Assembly (NCBI RefSeq): GCF_000010625.1 | Contig: NC_010296.1 | Coordinates: forward strand, 840,001 to 872,000 | Origin: Microcystis aeruginosa NIES-843 | Lineage (GTDB): Bacteria; Cyanobacteriota; Cyanobacteriia; Cyanobacteriales; Microcystaceae | Direction: 5' to 3' | Length of the DNA: 32,000 nucleotides | Shown: one piece after another, positions 23,976-32,000 of the stretch | Layout of the letters: the number at the start of each line of letters is the position of its first letter | How positions within the stretch are numbered: position 1 is the stretch's first letter | Made by a program: the position numbers and the translations under genes | The notes under the pieces: generated by a model | Databases searched by the model: none | Told to the model about the DNA's origin: nothing | The model's input: only the letters and a program-made list of their open reading frames with translations

Positions 23976-25538
23976 TCAGAAAGTAAAAGTCGTTCGGATA
24001 GTACCGATAACTAAGGTGGAATTGTTGTTATTTGAGTTGGGAGAAGTAATCACGATTACCCCCGGAGTAAGGGCAATATTATCGGTGAGTTTCCACTCAT
24101 AAAATCCTTCGATATGAAAGGAAGTATCGGGATCATTAGTGGAACTACCATCATTTAATCTAATACTAGAACTAGACACCCAGGGCTGCATACCAACAAT
24201 AATACCAGCGGTATTTCCTTCCTTAAATAAATCAGGAAAAGCCAAAGTTACCGCCCAATTCCAGATATCTAAATCCCCGCGTTCTAGTTGTCCATCTAAG
24301 GTGCTAAGGGTGATAGCTTTTGTGTAACCCCCCCAACCACCGAGGACAAAACCATCGACAATTCGCCAACTAAATTGTAAACCCAAACTATTATTAATTG
24401 TCGGGACAGCCTCCCCGAATAGTTCTTCGGTGAAAAATTGGAAATTCGAGCGCTGACTTCCCGTCCCCGTGTCTAATTGGTTATAACCATGAAAGTAGGA
24501 TAAAGCAATGCCAAAATTATCGTTTGGAACATAACCCAGCTGCCCTAGGGCAGTATAGGAGCCGTTAAATAAACCCCCTCCCGGGTTAGGATCGTTAGCA
24601 TCTCCGGCAAGATAACCGGCACTGAACTGGAAAGACCCATAATTACCCTGTAAACCGAGTCCAGTTTGTCCGGGGGCAAAATAAAGGGGATTGCGGGTAC
24701 CAAAAGCGGAAAGTGCCCCACTAGCACCATCTCCATCCAAAAAGTTGAGGGTATTGGTAAAGTCATCTTTAGCACCTCCCGTCGCTTCTAACCAGAGGTG
24801 GATATTTTCCGTTACGGGGAAACTGTAGTTTAAAACTTCTAGCAATAAATCATTGCCGTCGGGTTGGGTAAAGGCTAAGGTACTTTGAAAAGTTCCGGTG
24901 GTATCGGCTAAATCGGCAATATTTCCCGTTGCTAGACGGGTATAGAGTAAATCTTTGCCTGTGAAGCTAGTATTTAATTCTAAACGGGCCCGATAACCAA
25001 AAGCTGGTACTTGGGGAATCCCTTCATCACCGTTTTTTTCTCCTGTGGCTACCCCATATAATGCCATCACCACTTCCCCAGTTAATTTAGTAGTGGTGGA
25101 AAATTGATTATTTTCCAGAAAAGCGACTCGATTTTCTAAGTTATTAACCCTAGCCCCTAAGGCCGCTAATTCTGTCTCGAATTCCCTGACTAATCGCTTG
25201 ATTCTGTCTAGATCTTCTTTTAATACCGCTACTCCTTCTTGAATCAATCTTTCTAGGGTATTTAAGCAGGAATTCAACCCCGCGGCAAATTCCCAACGAG
25301 TTAAAGCGCGTTCACCGCGAAAAGTACGGTCAGGATAACCTACTATACAACCATACCTCTCCACGAGACTTCTTAAGGCCTCAAAAGCCCAGGCGGTGGG
25401 AGAAACATCCCGCAATTGATTGACACTTGTTACCTGTGCCATGGGGTTACTAGAGAGGTTTTCGAGACTATTAGCCAGTACAGGACTAGAAAAACCCAGT
25501 AATATCACTGCTGTTAGGAAATTTTGCTTGATTTTCAT
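23976..25538 (-). CDS. Outer-membrane porin with N-terminal SLH domain and OprB-type beta-barrel
   Basis: Preferred ATG is at 25538 (MKIKQNFLTAVILLGFSSPVLA signal peptide). SLH motif WAFEALRSLVERYGCIVGYPDRTFRG, a coiled coil, and an aromatic-terminated barrel (...RTTFTF). Confidence 0.88.
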   Translation of the reverse strand: MKIKQNFLTAVILLGFSSPVLANSLENLSSNPMAQVTSVNQLRDVSPTAWAFEALRSLVERYGCIVGYPDRTFRGERALTRWEFAAGLNSCLNTLERLIQEGVAVLKEDLDRIKRLVREFETELAALGARVNNLENRVAFLENNQFSTTTKLTGEVVMALYGVATGEKNGDEGIPQVPAFGYRARLELNTSFTGKDLLYTRLATGNIADLADTTGTFQSTLAFTQPDGNDLLLEVLNYSFPVTENIHLWLEATGGAKDDFTNTLNFLDGDGASGALSAFGTRNPLYFAPGQTGLGLQGNYGSFQFSAGYLAGDANDPNPGGGLFNGSYTALGQLGYVPNDNFGIALSYFHGYNQLDTGTGSQRSNFQFFTEELFGEAVPTINNSLGLQFSWRIVDGFVLGGWGGYTKAITLSTLDGQLERGDLDIWNWAVTLAFPDLFKEGNTAGIIVGMQPWVSSSSIRLNDGSSTNDPDTSFHIEGFYEWKLTDNIALTPGVIVITSPNSNNNNSTLVIGTIRTTFTF

Positions 25539-25711
25539 TGCTGTCTCCCACACCTACAAGAATGATTATTGTTCTCAGTATAATCAGGTTAGCAAACTTT
25601 TTTCAGTCTGGCACTATTGCAAATATTTTTCAAATATTACTCCAGATAAAATCTGAATTGCCTAGCATTTATTGGTTAACATAAATCTTAAATGATAATA
25701 AAAGCAATAAG

Positions 25712-25929
25712 TAGGGTTTGCGGCAAAAAGTTTTTCCTGGGGGCAGGGTGTGGGGTGTAGGGTGTAGGGTGTAGGGTTTTAGCGATTTTGAGGGGGTCAA
25801 TTACCTAATTTTCAGGGAAAAAGTCCCGGAATTTTCCACCCGATCACTCCGGGATCTGGCACTTTTTGGTTTCCAAAAAGTCTAAAAGTCTTAGCCAACA
25901 AGGTTTTTAGATTTATTCAGCAGACCCTA
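25712..25929 (-). mobile_element. MITE copy (218 bp, reverse orientation), abutting the IS at 25932
   Basis: TAGGGTTTGCGGCAAAAAG...GGTGTAG heptamers...TTTATTCAGCAGACCCTA is the reverse complement of the 8514 type. Confidence 0.7.
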
Positions 25930-25931
25930 AG

Positions 25932-27628
25932 TAGGGTTTGCTGAAAAAGTCATTGAAAAGTACAGGTCTCTTAATCAATGATTTCACTTAGCTACAAGCA
26001 TAAGCTTTAGTTGTTGATTAATTTTTAAATTATAACTTATCCTAATCATTGACCGAGAAAAAGTGCTGTTTTTCCATTTCAGACATAAAAAAGCCCAAAA
26101 AACCTGCCTCAACAGGTTAGAAAGATTCATGACTAAAAAAGTAATAGCAATCGCTGAAAAGGAAGTATGAGGAAGTTTAGCCATCACTTTACCTAAGCTA
26201 AATCTTCTTTTCCCCTGTCCAAATTTGCCCTCTATACAATTCCGAATCCTCTCATCATCAGTAGCTTGTTTCTTTTGTTCTTTACTAACATTTTTGGCTG
26301 GTCTTCCTAATGGGGGACCACTGATTCTGATTCCCCTTTCTTTACACCAAGCTCGGTTTTCTCTGGTTCGATAAATTTTGTCCACATGAACTGATTCTGG
26401 ATAGTATCCTGTATAGTCATAATAAGCTTCTATTTGTGCTTTTAAATCTCCTGATTCATTAAAGTTATCCCAACTAATTCGGTCTAAAAATATGTAACCA
26501 TCTATACAGCTTGCTGAGAATTTAGCCCCAAATTCTACGGGTTTTCCAGCTTTTCCTCTGACTATCGGACGGATGTGGGGTTGAGTTAAGCTGACAATTC
26601 TGTCTTCAATACTCTGTTTGTTATTTTGGTACATCCAGAGTTGTTGACGATAAACTTCTGTGACTACTAACAACAGTTTATAGTCTCTTTTTTTCAAGCT
26701 TTGTAGAGAGGCTCCTTCTGCTAAAAGTTGTTCAATATGGTCGAGATTTCTTTTCAGATATTGCAGCTGTTTTTTCAGGGCTTTTCGTCTTTGTTTGACG
26801 GTAGGTTTTCTTTTTTTCGCTACTTCTAAATAACTTTTTCTGGCTAGAAGACGATAGGTTCTCGGTTTTTGAACAAGTTTTCCTTTTCAAGTTTCCTAGA
26901 GAATATCAATAATTTTTTCGGTTTGTTTTCTTCCTTGATTTAACAGGTTTAAATCCGTAGGATAACTAATATCTGCGGGCGCACAACTGGCATCTAAAAT
27001 TAATTTACCTCGATTTTCTGGTTGACTTTGGGTTTCGCTCTCTAACTTTTTTTCGGTGTTTTCTTCTTCTTTTATTTCTCTCGAATTTTTGACCATAAAG
27101 CGATTCACTTTATTAATTAGTTCCCGAGTGATTCTTTCTCGAAAGTGAACCAACATTGACGCTTCAAACCGGGGTTCATTGCTGTAGGATGAAAACCCCA
27201 AGAAGTATTGTAAATAAGGATTTTCTTTGATTTGTTCTACCGTTTCTCTATCGCTTGTTCCTAATTTTTCTTTAATAATTAATGCTCCGAGTGCTGTCCT
27301 GAATGTTTTGGCGGGTGTGCCCATTTCTTCTGAAAAAAGTGATGCGTATTCCGCTTCAAATTCTGACCAGGGAATGAGGTTGGCCATAATTACCCAACGA
27401 TTGTCTTGGGATAATTTCCCCTCAAAGGGCAGCTCGAAGTTTTCTGGTGGGGTTGAGGGTAACTCGCTTTTACGGTACATTAGCACTAATTAGAGAAGAT
27501 GCAAGGGTGATGCAAGGGTGATGCAAGGGTTTTAAGAGATTCTAGCAGATTTAAGTGCATTTGGGAAGCTCTCAATCAAGCTAAAAGCCCTTTCCTGTAA
27601 GGTTTTTAGATTTATTCAGCCAACCCTA
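25932..27628 (-). mobile_element. IS1182/IS5-superfamily insertion sequence (1697 bp), inactivated
   Basis: Ends TAGGGTTTGCTGAAAAAG... and ...TTTAGATTTATTCAGCCAACCCTA match the ends of the MITE family. It contains one ~500-codon transposase frame. Confidence 0.75.
25984..27486 (-). pseudogene. IS1182/IS5-type transposase with two in-frame stop codons
   Basis: Track ORFs 26896-27486 and 25984-26697 are in the same frame. The junction reads ...IIDIL-TAG-E-T-TGA-KGKLVQKPRTYRLLARKSYLEV... (TAG 26896-26898, TGA 26887-26889). N-terminal DUF772-like domain and C-terminal DDE domain. Confidence 0.8.
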
Positions 27629-27657
27629 AATAATTTTATTGTTCCTAAAAACAAGAT

Positions 27658-27681
27658 AGAGACGCTGCTGACAGCATCTCT
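27658..27681 (-). terminator. Candidate intrinsic terminator of the thioredoxin-fold gene
   Basis: AGAGA(C)GCTG-ctga-CAGC(A)TCTCT hairpin, followed on the minus strand by ATCTTGTTTTT. It lies 43 nt downstream of the stop. Confidence 0.45.
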
Positions 27682-27723
27682 AAATGATTATTTTTGGTTC
27701 AATTGAGGATAAAAAAGAGGTAA

Positions 27724-28287
27724 CTAGCGCAATTCAGCGTTAAACTCGTTAAAAGAGCGTCTTTTTAACTCTACCGATTCTGATCGAGGCAGAAGCTCAA
27801 AAACCTTTCTTAAGACATCATCCACATCTTCATATTTAACATTGCCCAAACCATCATAAACCACTTTACCTTGTTGGTCTAAAACCACCGTTTGGGGAAC
27901 CCCACCGCGATAATAGTAACCCGGTTCATCGGGACGATAGGAAGACTTTAAGGGGATAGAATCGACAGTAACGGGGATAATACTGGCGGCGCGACCGTAA
28001 AACTCTTGAAAACGGGAGACAATCGCCGCAAATTGCTTACAATCACTACTATCATCCAGATAATAGACAATAATAGCCGGAATTTTCCGTTGAAAAGTTT
28101 CCGCTAAATTTAAACGCGGTGGTACGAGGGAACCATTACCCGCATAGACCACAAAAATATTACCATCAAGGCGATCATCATCGATCCCCGCATAGGCGCC
28201 AGGGGTTAGCCAAGGAGACAAACTCGTCAGAGCAACAATAAGAAAGACAAGACAGATCTGAAGACGCAGCCGATAACGAGATTTCAT
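27724..28287 (-). CDS. Thioredoxin-fold protein of the cyanobacterial 'thylakoid membrane photosystem I accumulation factor' type
   Basis: Preferred ATG is at 28287 (MKSRYRLRLQICLVFLIV..., signal/anchor). GIDDDRLDGNIFVVYAGNGSLVPPR and YYLDDSSDCKQF motifs recalled from this family. The track start 28362 would overlap the divergent gene. Confidence 0.6.
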   Translation of the reverse strand: MKSRYRLRLQICLVFLIVALTSLSPWLTPGAYAGIDDDRLDGNIFVVYAGNGSLVPPRLNLAETFQRKIPAIIVYYLDDSSDCKQFAAIVSRFQEFYGRAASIIPVTVDSIPLKSSYRPDEPGYYYRGGVPQTVVLDQQGKVVYDGLGNVKYEDVDDVLRKVFELLPRSESVELKRRSFNEFNAELR

Positions 28288-28335
28288 GATCAACAGGGTT
28301 AAAATATTAAGACAATTTTTAGTGTAAAAAATCTT

Positions 28336-28830
28336 GTGACCTTCGAGCGCGATAATTCCCAAACCACCTCGCGAGTCATTGCCGCTAACTCGCGCTTTGC
28401 CGATACTTATTATGCCATTCTAGGACTACATCCGAGTGCCTCGGTGATCGAAGTGCGACGCGCCTATCGAGAACTAAGTAAACGATACCACCCCGATACT
28501 ACCGAACTCAGCCCCGAAGTGGCAACGGTTAAATTCCAGCGTCTTAACGAAGCTTATGCCACCCTGAGTAATCCCGATCGCCGTTCCCTGTATGATTTAC
28601 AGATAGGTTACTCGCGCTGGAATGTCATCCAAACTATCCCGGATAGCGATGAACCCATAGCTAATCGTAGCGCCTATCTCGATCCGACCGATCGTCCCCT
28701 ATCTTCGGGAGAGATTTTTGCTTTGTTTATCTTGGCACTCACCCTGCTCGGCTGCTTGTTAGTAGCGGTGATTATTGCTATGCTTCGAGGAGAGAATGCC
28801 GTCACTGTAGCCCAATTATTTTTGATTTAG
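28336..28830 (+). CDS. J-domain (DnaJ-like) protein with a C-terminal transmembrane anchor
   Basis: YYAILGLHPSASVIEVRRAYRELSKRYHPDTT contains the HPD motif. Hydrophobic C-terminus IFALFILALTLLGCLLVAVIIAML. GTG start. Confidence 0.8.
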   Translation: MTFERDNSQTTSRVIAANSRFADTYYAILGLHPSASVIEVRRAYRELSKRYHPDTTELSPEVATVKFQRLNEAYATLSNPDRRSLYDLQIGYSRWNVIQTIPDSDEPIANRSAYLDPTDRPLSSGEIFALFILALTLLGCLLVAVIIAMLRGENAVTVAQLFLI

Positions 28831-28835
28831 ATGCG

Positions 28836-29108
28836 ATGAAGATTCCCACTGCTGATACTCCCCTCTATAATCATCCCTTACCGGCGATCGAAGCATGGCT
28901 AGTTAAATTAGGTTGTCGGAAAAATACCGAGAATATCCACTGTTGGATCGTCGAAAAACCAACATGGAAAGCGGAAATCTGCCTCGATATCGAAGAAATC
29001 ACCGTTCGTTACTTTCGGGCAGCCAATGACGGCAGTGACATCAATCGCGCTTTTAAATACTCCCTTAGTCGCCAAGATATAGAATCGGCGGTTTTTTCTG
29101 GTCCCTAA
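28836..29108 (+). CDS. DUF3143-family protein
   Basis: 90 aa. PLYNHPLPAIEAWL...W..EKPTWKAEICLDIEEITVRY matches my recollection of this conserved cyanobacterial/plastid-lineage family. Confidence 0.65.
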   Translation: MKIPTADTPLYNHPLPAIEAWLVKLGCRKNTENIHCWIVEKPTWKAEICLDIEEITVRYFRAANDGSDINRAFKYSLSRQDIESAVFSGP

Positions 29109-29117
29109 TCATTAGTC

Positions 29118-29230
29118 CAACTTTTGACTAAAAAGTGCCAGCGATTGGAGCGATCGGGGGGAGAATTCAGGGACTTTTTCCCTGAAAATTGGCTAATTGA
29201 CCCCCTCAAAATCGGTCAAACCCCACACCC
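29118..29230 (+). repeat. MITE remnant (central part of the 8514 family), host site of the group II intron
   Basis: AAAAAGTGCCAGCG...GAATTCAGGGACTTTTTCCCTGAAAATTGGCTAATTGACCCCCTCAAAATCGG...CCCCACACCC. The heptamer run resumes at 30016-30036 after the intron. Confidence 0.65.
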
Positions 29231-30015
29231 GTTACAGTAGAGCAGGAAGTCGCCTTCCCACCCCCTGCTTCAAAACCGGACTTACGACTTTCGCCGTATC
29301 CGGCTCCTGAGTAACTAGGCTACTGTCATTAGTAGAATAATAATGGGAATTATTATTTCCTTGTCTATTCAACCCTCTTGGCTGTATCCCCACCAGACAA
29401 GATTGTTGGTTTTAGGGCGTATATGACCGTTGATTGTTGCTTAGACTTCCTAGTTACCCGTCCTTTGTCAGCATATCTTTGATATTACTCAAAGCCTTGG
29501 CTTTTAAGGACATCCTCTCCCTCTATTGACTTGCGGATGGTTTCCTACTGCCCCGAACGGGCAGAGTCAATCAGGGTTACTTCGTTCCCTATAACCATTG
29601 GTTGAACCCTTAGGATGATACTGTCCACAACAGAGTAACGGGAATGCCTTACTGATAGTGGTATGAGCTATCAGCCCCAACTCTGTTAACTTTTGTTTCG
29701 AGCCTGTCAGCCTTTTGGCTCGTGGGTGTTGACGATGGTTAATTCGTATCTTCGCCCCAGGGCTATCCATAGGTTCTGGCTCAACGGGTTTCTGATTTAG
29801 GCTATCAGATACCGCTTTTTTTTCCTCGCTCACTACCTCAGATGTACCAAGTCTAAAGCAGCAGGAAATGCCGTCACTCTAGGCATCTAGAGGACAGGAC
29901 TAAGGTTATTACTAACCCGCACCTGTAGGGTTATAAAGTTATCAAGGTACTACATTTACCAAGCGGCTAATCCTCTAAACGTCTTACTGTCTAGTTTCTA
30001 GCCAACGAATCGCAC
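29231..30015 (-). mobile_element. ORF-less group II intron (785 nt)
   Basis: On the minus strand the 5' end is GTGCG (30015-30011). Domain V is GAGCCGGATACGGCGAAAGTCGTAAGTCCGGTTT (29306-29273), with the AGC triad, a GAAA loop and a 2-nt bulge. A domain VI-like hairpin has a GCGA loop and an unpaired A 8 nt from the ...GTAAC 3' end. Only a short AT hairpin occupies the domain IV position and there is no RT ORF. Confidence 0.8.
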
Positions 30016-30127
30016 CACACCCTACACCCTACCCCGTTAAGACAGCGCCGGAGTTGGCGGCAGGGAGAGCTAGTCCGAGCATTTGTACTAAATTTTCCAA
30101 GACACGCTGTCAATCCAGTACACTTGT

Positions 30128-31105
30128 TCAGCTTGAAATCAAAGCTCCTCCACAACTGGAACCGCTGCCAGCAGTGCAACCGTAGCAATAGGAAGCGGTT
30201 TGTACCTCTGCAATTAGCTCTAAAGTACCCGCTTGTAATAAATCCGGCAGGGTTAATTTTTGGCCTTGACTGGTGCAAGCGGCCCGATCCTCCATCTGAT
30301 TAAAATCGCAGTCATAGATATTACCCAAATAATCAATGGAAAGCTGATTACGACACATCAAATGCTCGATAGTATCGCCATTAAAATAGTCTTCGAGGAA
30401 TTGAAGATAGGGTTGATAGAGTTGCCGGTGTTCCAGATGGAAGCGTGTCCTTCCGACGGGTAGGTTAGTGATAGTAAATAGATTGTTAAAAGAAATATTA
30501 AAATGTTCTTGCAAGAACTTTTTGTAATCCCGTGTTAGGGATAGTTGATCCGGTGTGAGAGAAAAATTATCTGACTTAGGAATCTGGGGATTATAGACTA
30601 AATCCACAATCAAATTCGGCTCTTGAGCGTAGCCGAGACGGTTTAACCATTGTAAAGCGGCGATTGATCGGTCATAGACTCCCAGACCGCGCATTTTATC
30701 CACATTATCGGCAAGATAACAGGGTAAAGAAGCCACCACCCGCAACTGATGGCCAGCGCAATATTCAGGAATATCAGTAAATCCTTTCTCGAAATAAATA
30801 GTTAAATTCGAGCGCACAATTACCTGTTTCCCAGCTTTTCTAGAGATTTCCACAATCGGCTTAAAACCGTAGAGCATTTCCGGGGCACCGCCGGTCAGAT
30901 CGACGGTTTTAATTTGGGGAAATCTTTCGATCAGTTCGATAATTTGTTCGCACACTTCTGGAGTCATTTCTTCGGAACGACCTGGACTAGCTTCCACATG
31001 ACAATGGCTACAGGCAAGGTTACATCTTTTCCCCAAATTAATTTGCAGAACCGAGATTTTTTGCTTAGTTAAAGGAGTTTTTAGTTTCTCAACAAAAGGA
31101 GTCAT
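30128..31105 (-). CDS. arsS: Arsenosugar-biosynthesis radical SAM protein ArsS
   Basis: 325 aa. Radical SAM cluster motif CNLACSHC near the N-terminus and a Cys-rich C-terminus CYGCTAGSGSSCGG. Adjacent to arsM. Confidence 0.8.
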   Translation of the reverse strand: MTPFVEKLKTPLTKQKISVLQINLGKRCNLACSHCHVEASPGRSEEMTPEVCEQIIELIERFPQIKTVDLTGGAPEMLYGFKPIVEISRKAGKQVIVRSNLTIYFEKGFTDIPEYCAGHQLRVVASLPCYLADNVDKMRGLGVYDRSIAALQWLNRLGYAQEPNLIVDLVYNPQIPKSDNFSLTPDQLSLTRDYKKFLQEHFNISFNNLFTITNLPVGRTRFHLEHRQLYQPYLQFLEDYFNGDTIEHLMCRNQLSIDYLGNIYDCDFNQMEDRAACTSQGQKLTLPDLLQAGTLELIAEVQTASYCYGCTAGSGSSCGGALISS

Positions 31106-31110
31106 GGGAG

Positions 31111-31229
31111 AGTAAACAGTAATCAGTAAACAGTAATCAGTAAACAGTAATCAGTAAACAGTAATCAGTGAACGGTAAACATTGAACAGTAAACGGTAAA
31201 CAGTAATTAGTAAACAGTAAACAGTGACC
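31111..31229. repeat. Heptamer array, 17 units of AGTAAAC/AGTAATC type
   Basis: Direct reading. Alternating units form a 14-nt super-repeat in the first 8 units and are degenerate afterwards. It starts 6 nt upstream of the arsS ATG. Confidence 0.95.
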
Positions 31230-31243
31230 AATAACTAATCAAT

Positions 31244-31390
31244 GATAACTGATAACTGATAACTGATAACTGATAACTGATAACTGATAACTGATAACTG
31301 ATAACTGGTAACTGATAACTGATAACTGGTAACTGGTAACTGATAACTGATAACTGGTAACTGATAACTGGTAACTGGTAACTGATAACT
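31244..31390. repeat. Heptamer array, 21 units (14 GATAACT plus 7 GGTAACT)
   Basis: Direct reading, perfectly phased. It uses the same GATAACT unit as the array at 9768-9802. Confidence 0.97.
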
Positions 31391-31421
31391 GAGGGATCGA
31401 ACTTGTCTCGACGCTGCTTTT

Positions 31422-32000
31422 TTAACAGCAACCGCCCCCGTTATAGTGCCAAGTGGACTCGGTGATGAGGATATCTTGGGGAGAGGAGCGAGCTAAGTTG
31501 CCCGCAGTTTTATCACAGACGGCCACCGGCAATCCTTTGGCTAAAATATGCCCGGCACCATCATCGAAAATTGCCTCCGTACCAGTATAAATAGCAGTTT
31601 TGCCCGTAAAAATACAGGCCCCATCTTCGGGAATAGCTAGTTTAAAAGCAACGGAATCCAAACTTTCTAATAGGAGCGGATCGGCTAAATTATAACTCTG
31701 ACAGTCCAGTAAACGATAGGGACGACGGGCCCGAATTTCTACCTGACCAAAACCAGCATCGAGCAACTGTTTAATATAATCATCGTAGGTCAAGGCCCCC
31801 GATAGACACATAGCTCGTAAACGCTGATCTTCTTGCAAATGTTCGGGGATTGGACGAGTGGCGATCGGATCGCTCATCAGTAAACGTCCTCCCGGTTTTA
31901 AGACGCGAAAAGCTTCCCGTAAAGCTAACTGTAAGTCGGCTGGTTTAAAGATATTAAAAAGACAATTCTGCGCCACTACATCGACGGAGGCATCCTCCAC
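31422..32000 (-). CDS. arsM: Arsenite S-adenosylmethionine methyltransferase ArsM, C-terminal part (5' end beyond the window)
   Basis: VDVVAQNCLFNIF...FRVLKPGGRLLMSD methyltransferase core, a ...RLRAMCLSGAL... region, and a Cys-pair C-terminus GGGCC. Called on remembered ArsM features and adjacency to arsS. Confidence 0.72.
   Translation of the reverse strand: MEDASVDVVAQNCLFNIFKPADLQLALREAFRVLKPGGRLLMSDPIATRPIPEHLQEDQRLRAMCLSGALTYDDYIKQLLDAGFGQVEIRARRPYRLLDCQSYNLADPLLLESLDSVAFKLAIPEDGACIFTGKTAIYTGTEAIFDDGAGHILAKGLPVAVCDKTAGNLARSSPQDILITESTWHYNGGGCC

Noticed and set aside
29567-29833. Track ORF of 88 aa inside the group II intron as a possible intron-encoded protein
   Set aside because: It has no reverse-transcriptase or maturase motifs. 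It lies in what should be domains I-III rather than domain IV, and it is too short. It is most likely a chance ORF in structured RNA.
31111-31390. Heptamer arrays, here and at 9681-9802, as CRISPR arrays
   Set aside because: Units are 7 nt and contiguous, with no unique spacers. This is simple tandem repetition, not a repeat-spacer architecture.
31207-31431. Track ORF of 74 aa (VISYQLP repeats)
   Set aside because: It is a translation artefact of the 7-nt repeat read with 21-nt periodicity. It lies in the arsM-arsS spacer.

Overview
This 32-kb window is cyanobacterial chromosome. HIP1 GCGATCGC palindromes, heptamer tandem arrays, gene content and a heavy IS/MITE load fit Microcystis best, but that assignment is inference only. 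Bases 1-13.4 kb are conserved housekeeping: a SAM methyltransferase, a polytopic membrane protein, ilvC (-), the pilM-pilN-pilO-pilQ operon (+), a DUF751/ycf33-like peptide, rbfA, a GH3 NagZ-like glycosidase, an LpxB-related glycosyltransferase (-) and tsaE. Bases 13.4-27.6 kb are a plasticity zone. aqpZ is split by an 87-bp TA-flanked MITE whose ends match an IS630-family element 2.5 kb away. A run of toxin-antitoxin-type modules follows (RelB/E-like, an uncharacterised pair, UPF0175/RelE-like in two copies, BrnT/BrnA). These modules are punctuated by six co-oriented copies of a roughly 90-nt hairpin-ended repeat, here called R, which I do not recognise as a described element. The zone also holds a 1714-bp-period tandem duplication with crossovers inside R, two IS630 elements, an IS5-like element, and a stop-codon-inactivated IS1182/IS5-type element that looks like the parent of a local MITE family. 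An SLH/OprB porin lies among these. Bases 27.6-32 kb return to core genes: a thioredoxin-fold protein, a J-domain protein, DUF3143, and arsS plus a partial arsM. Two oddities sit here: a 785-nt ORF-less group II intron inside a MITE remnant, and a 316-nt arsM-arsS spacer made almost entirely of heptamer repeats. No rRNA, tRNA or CRISPR array was seen. All functional calls rest on motifs and remembered family features, because no searches could be run.
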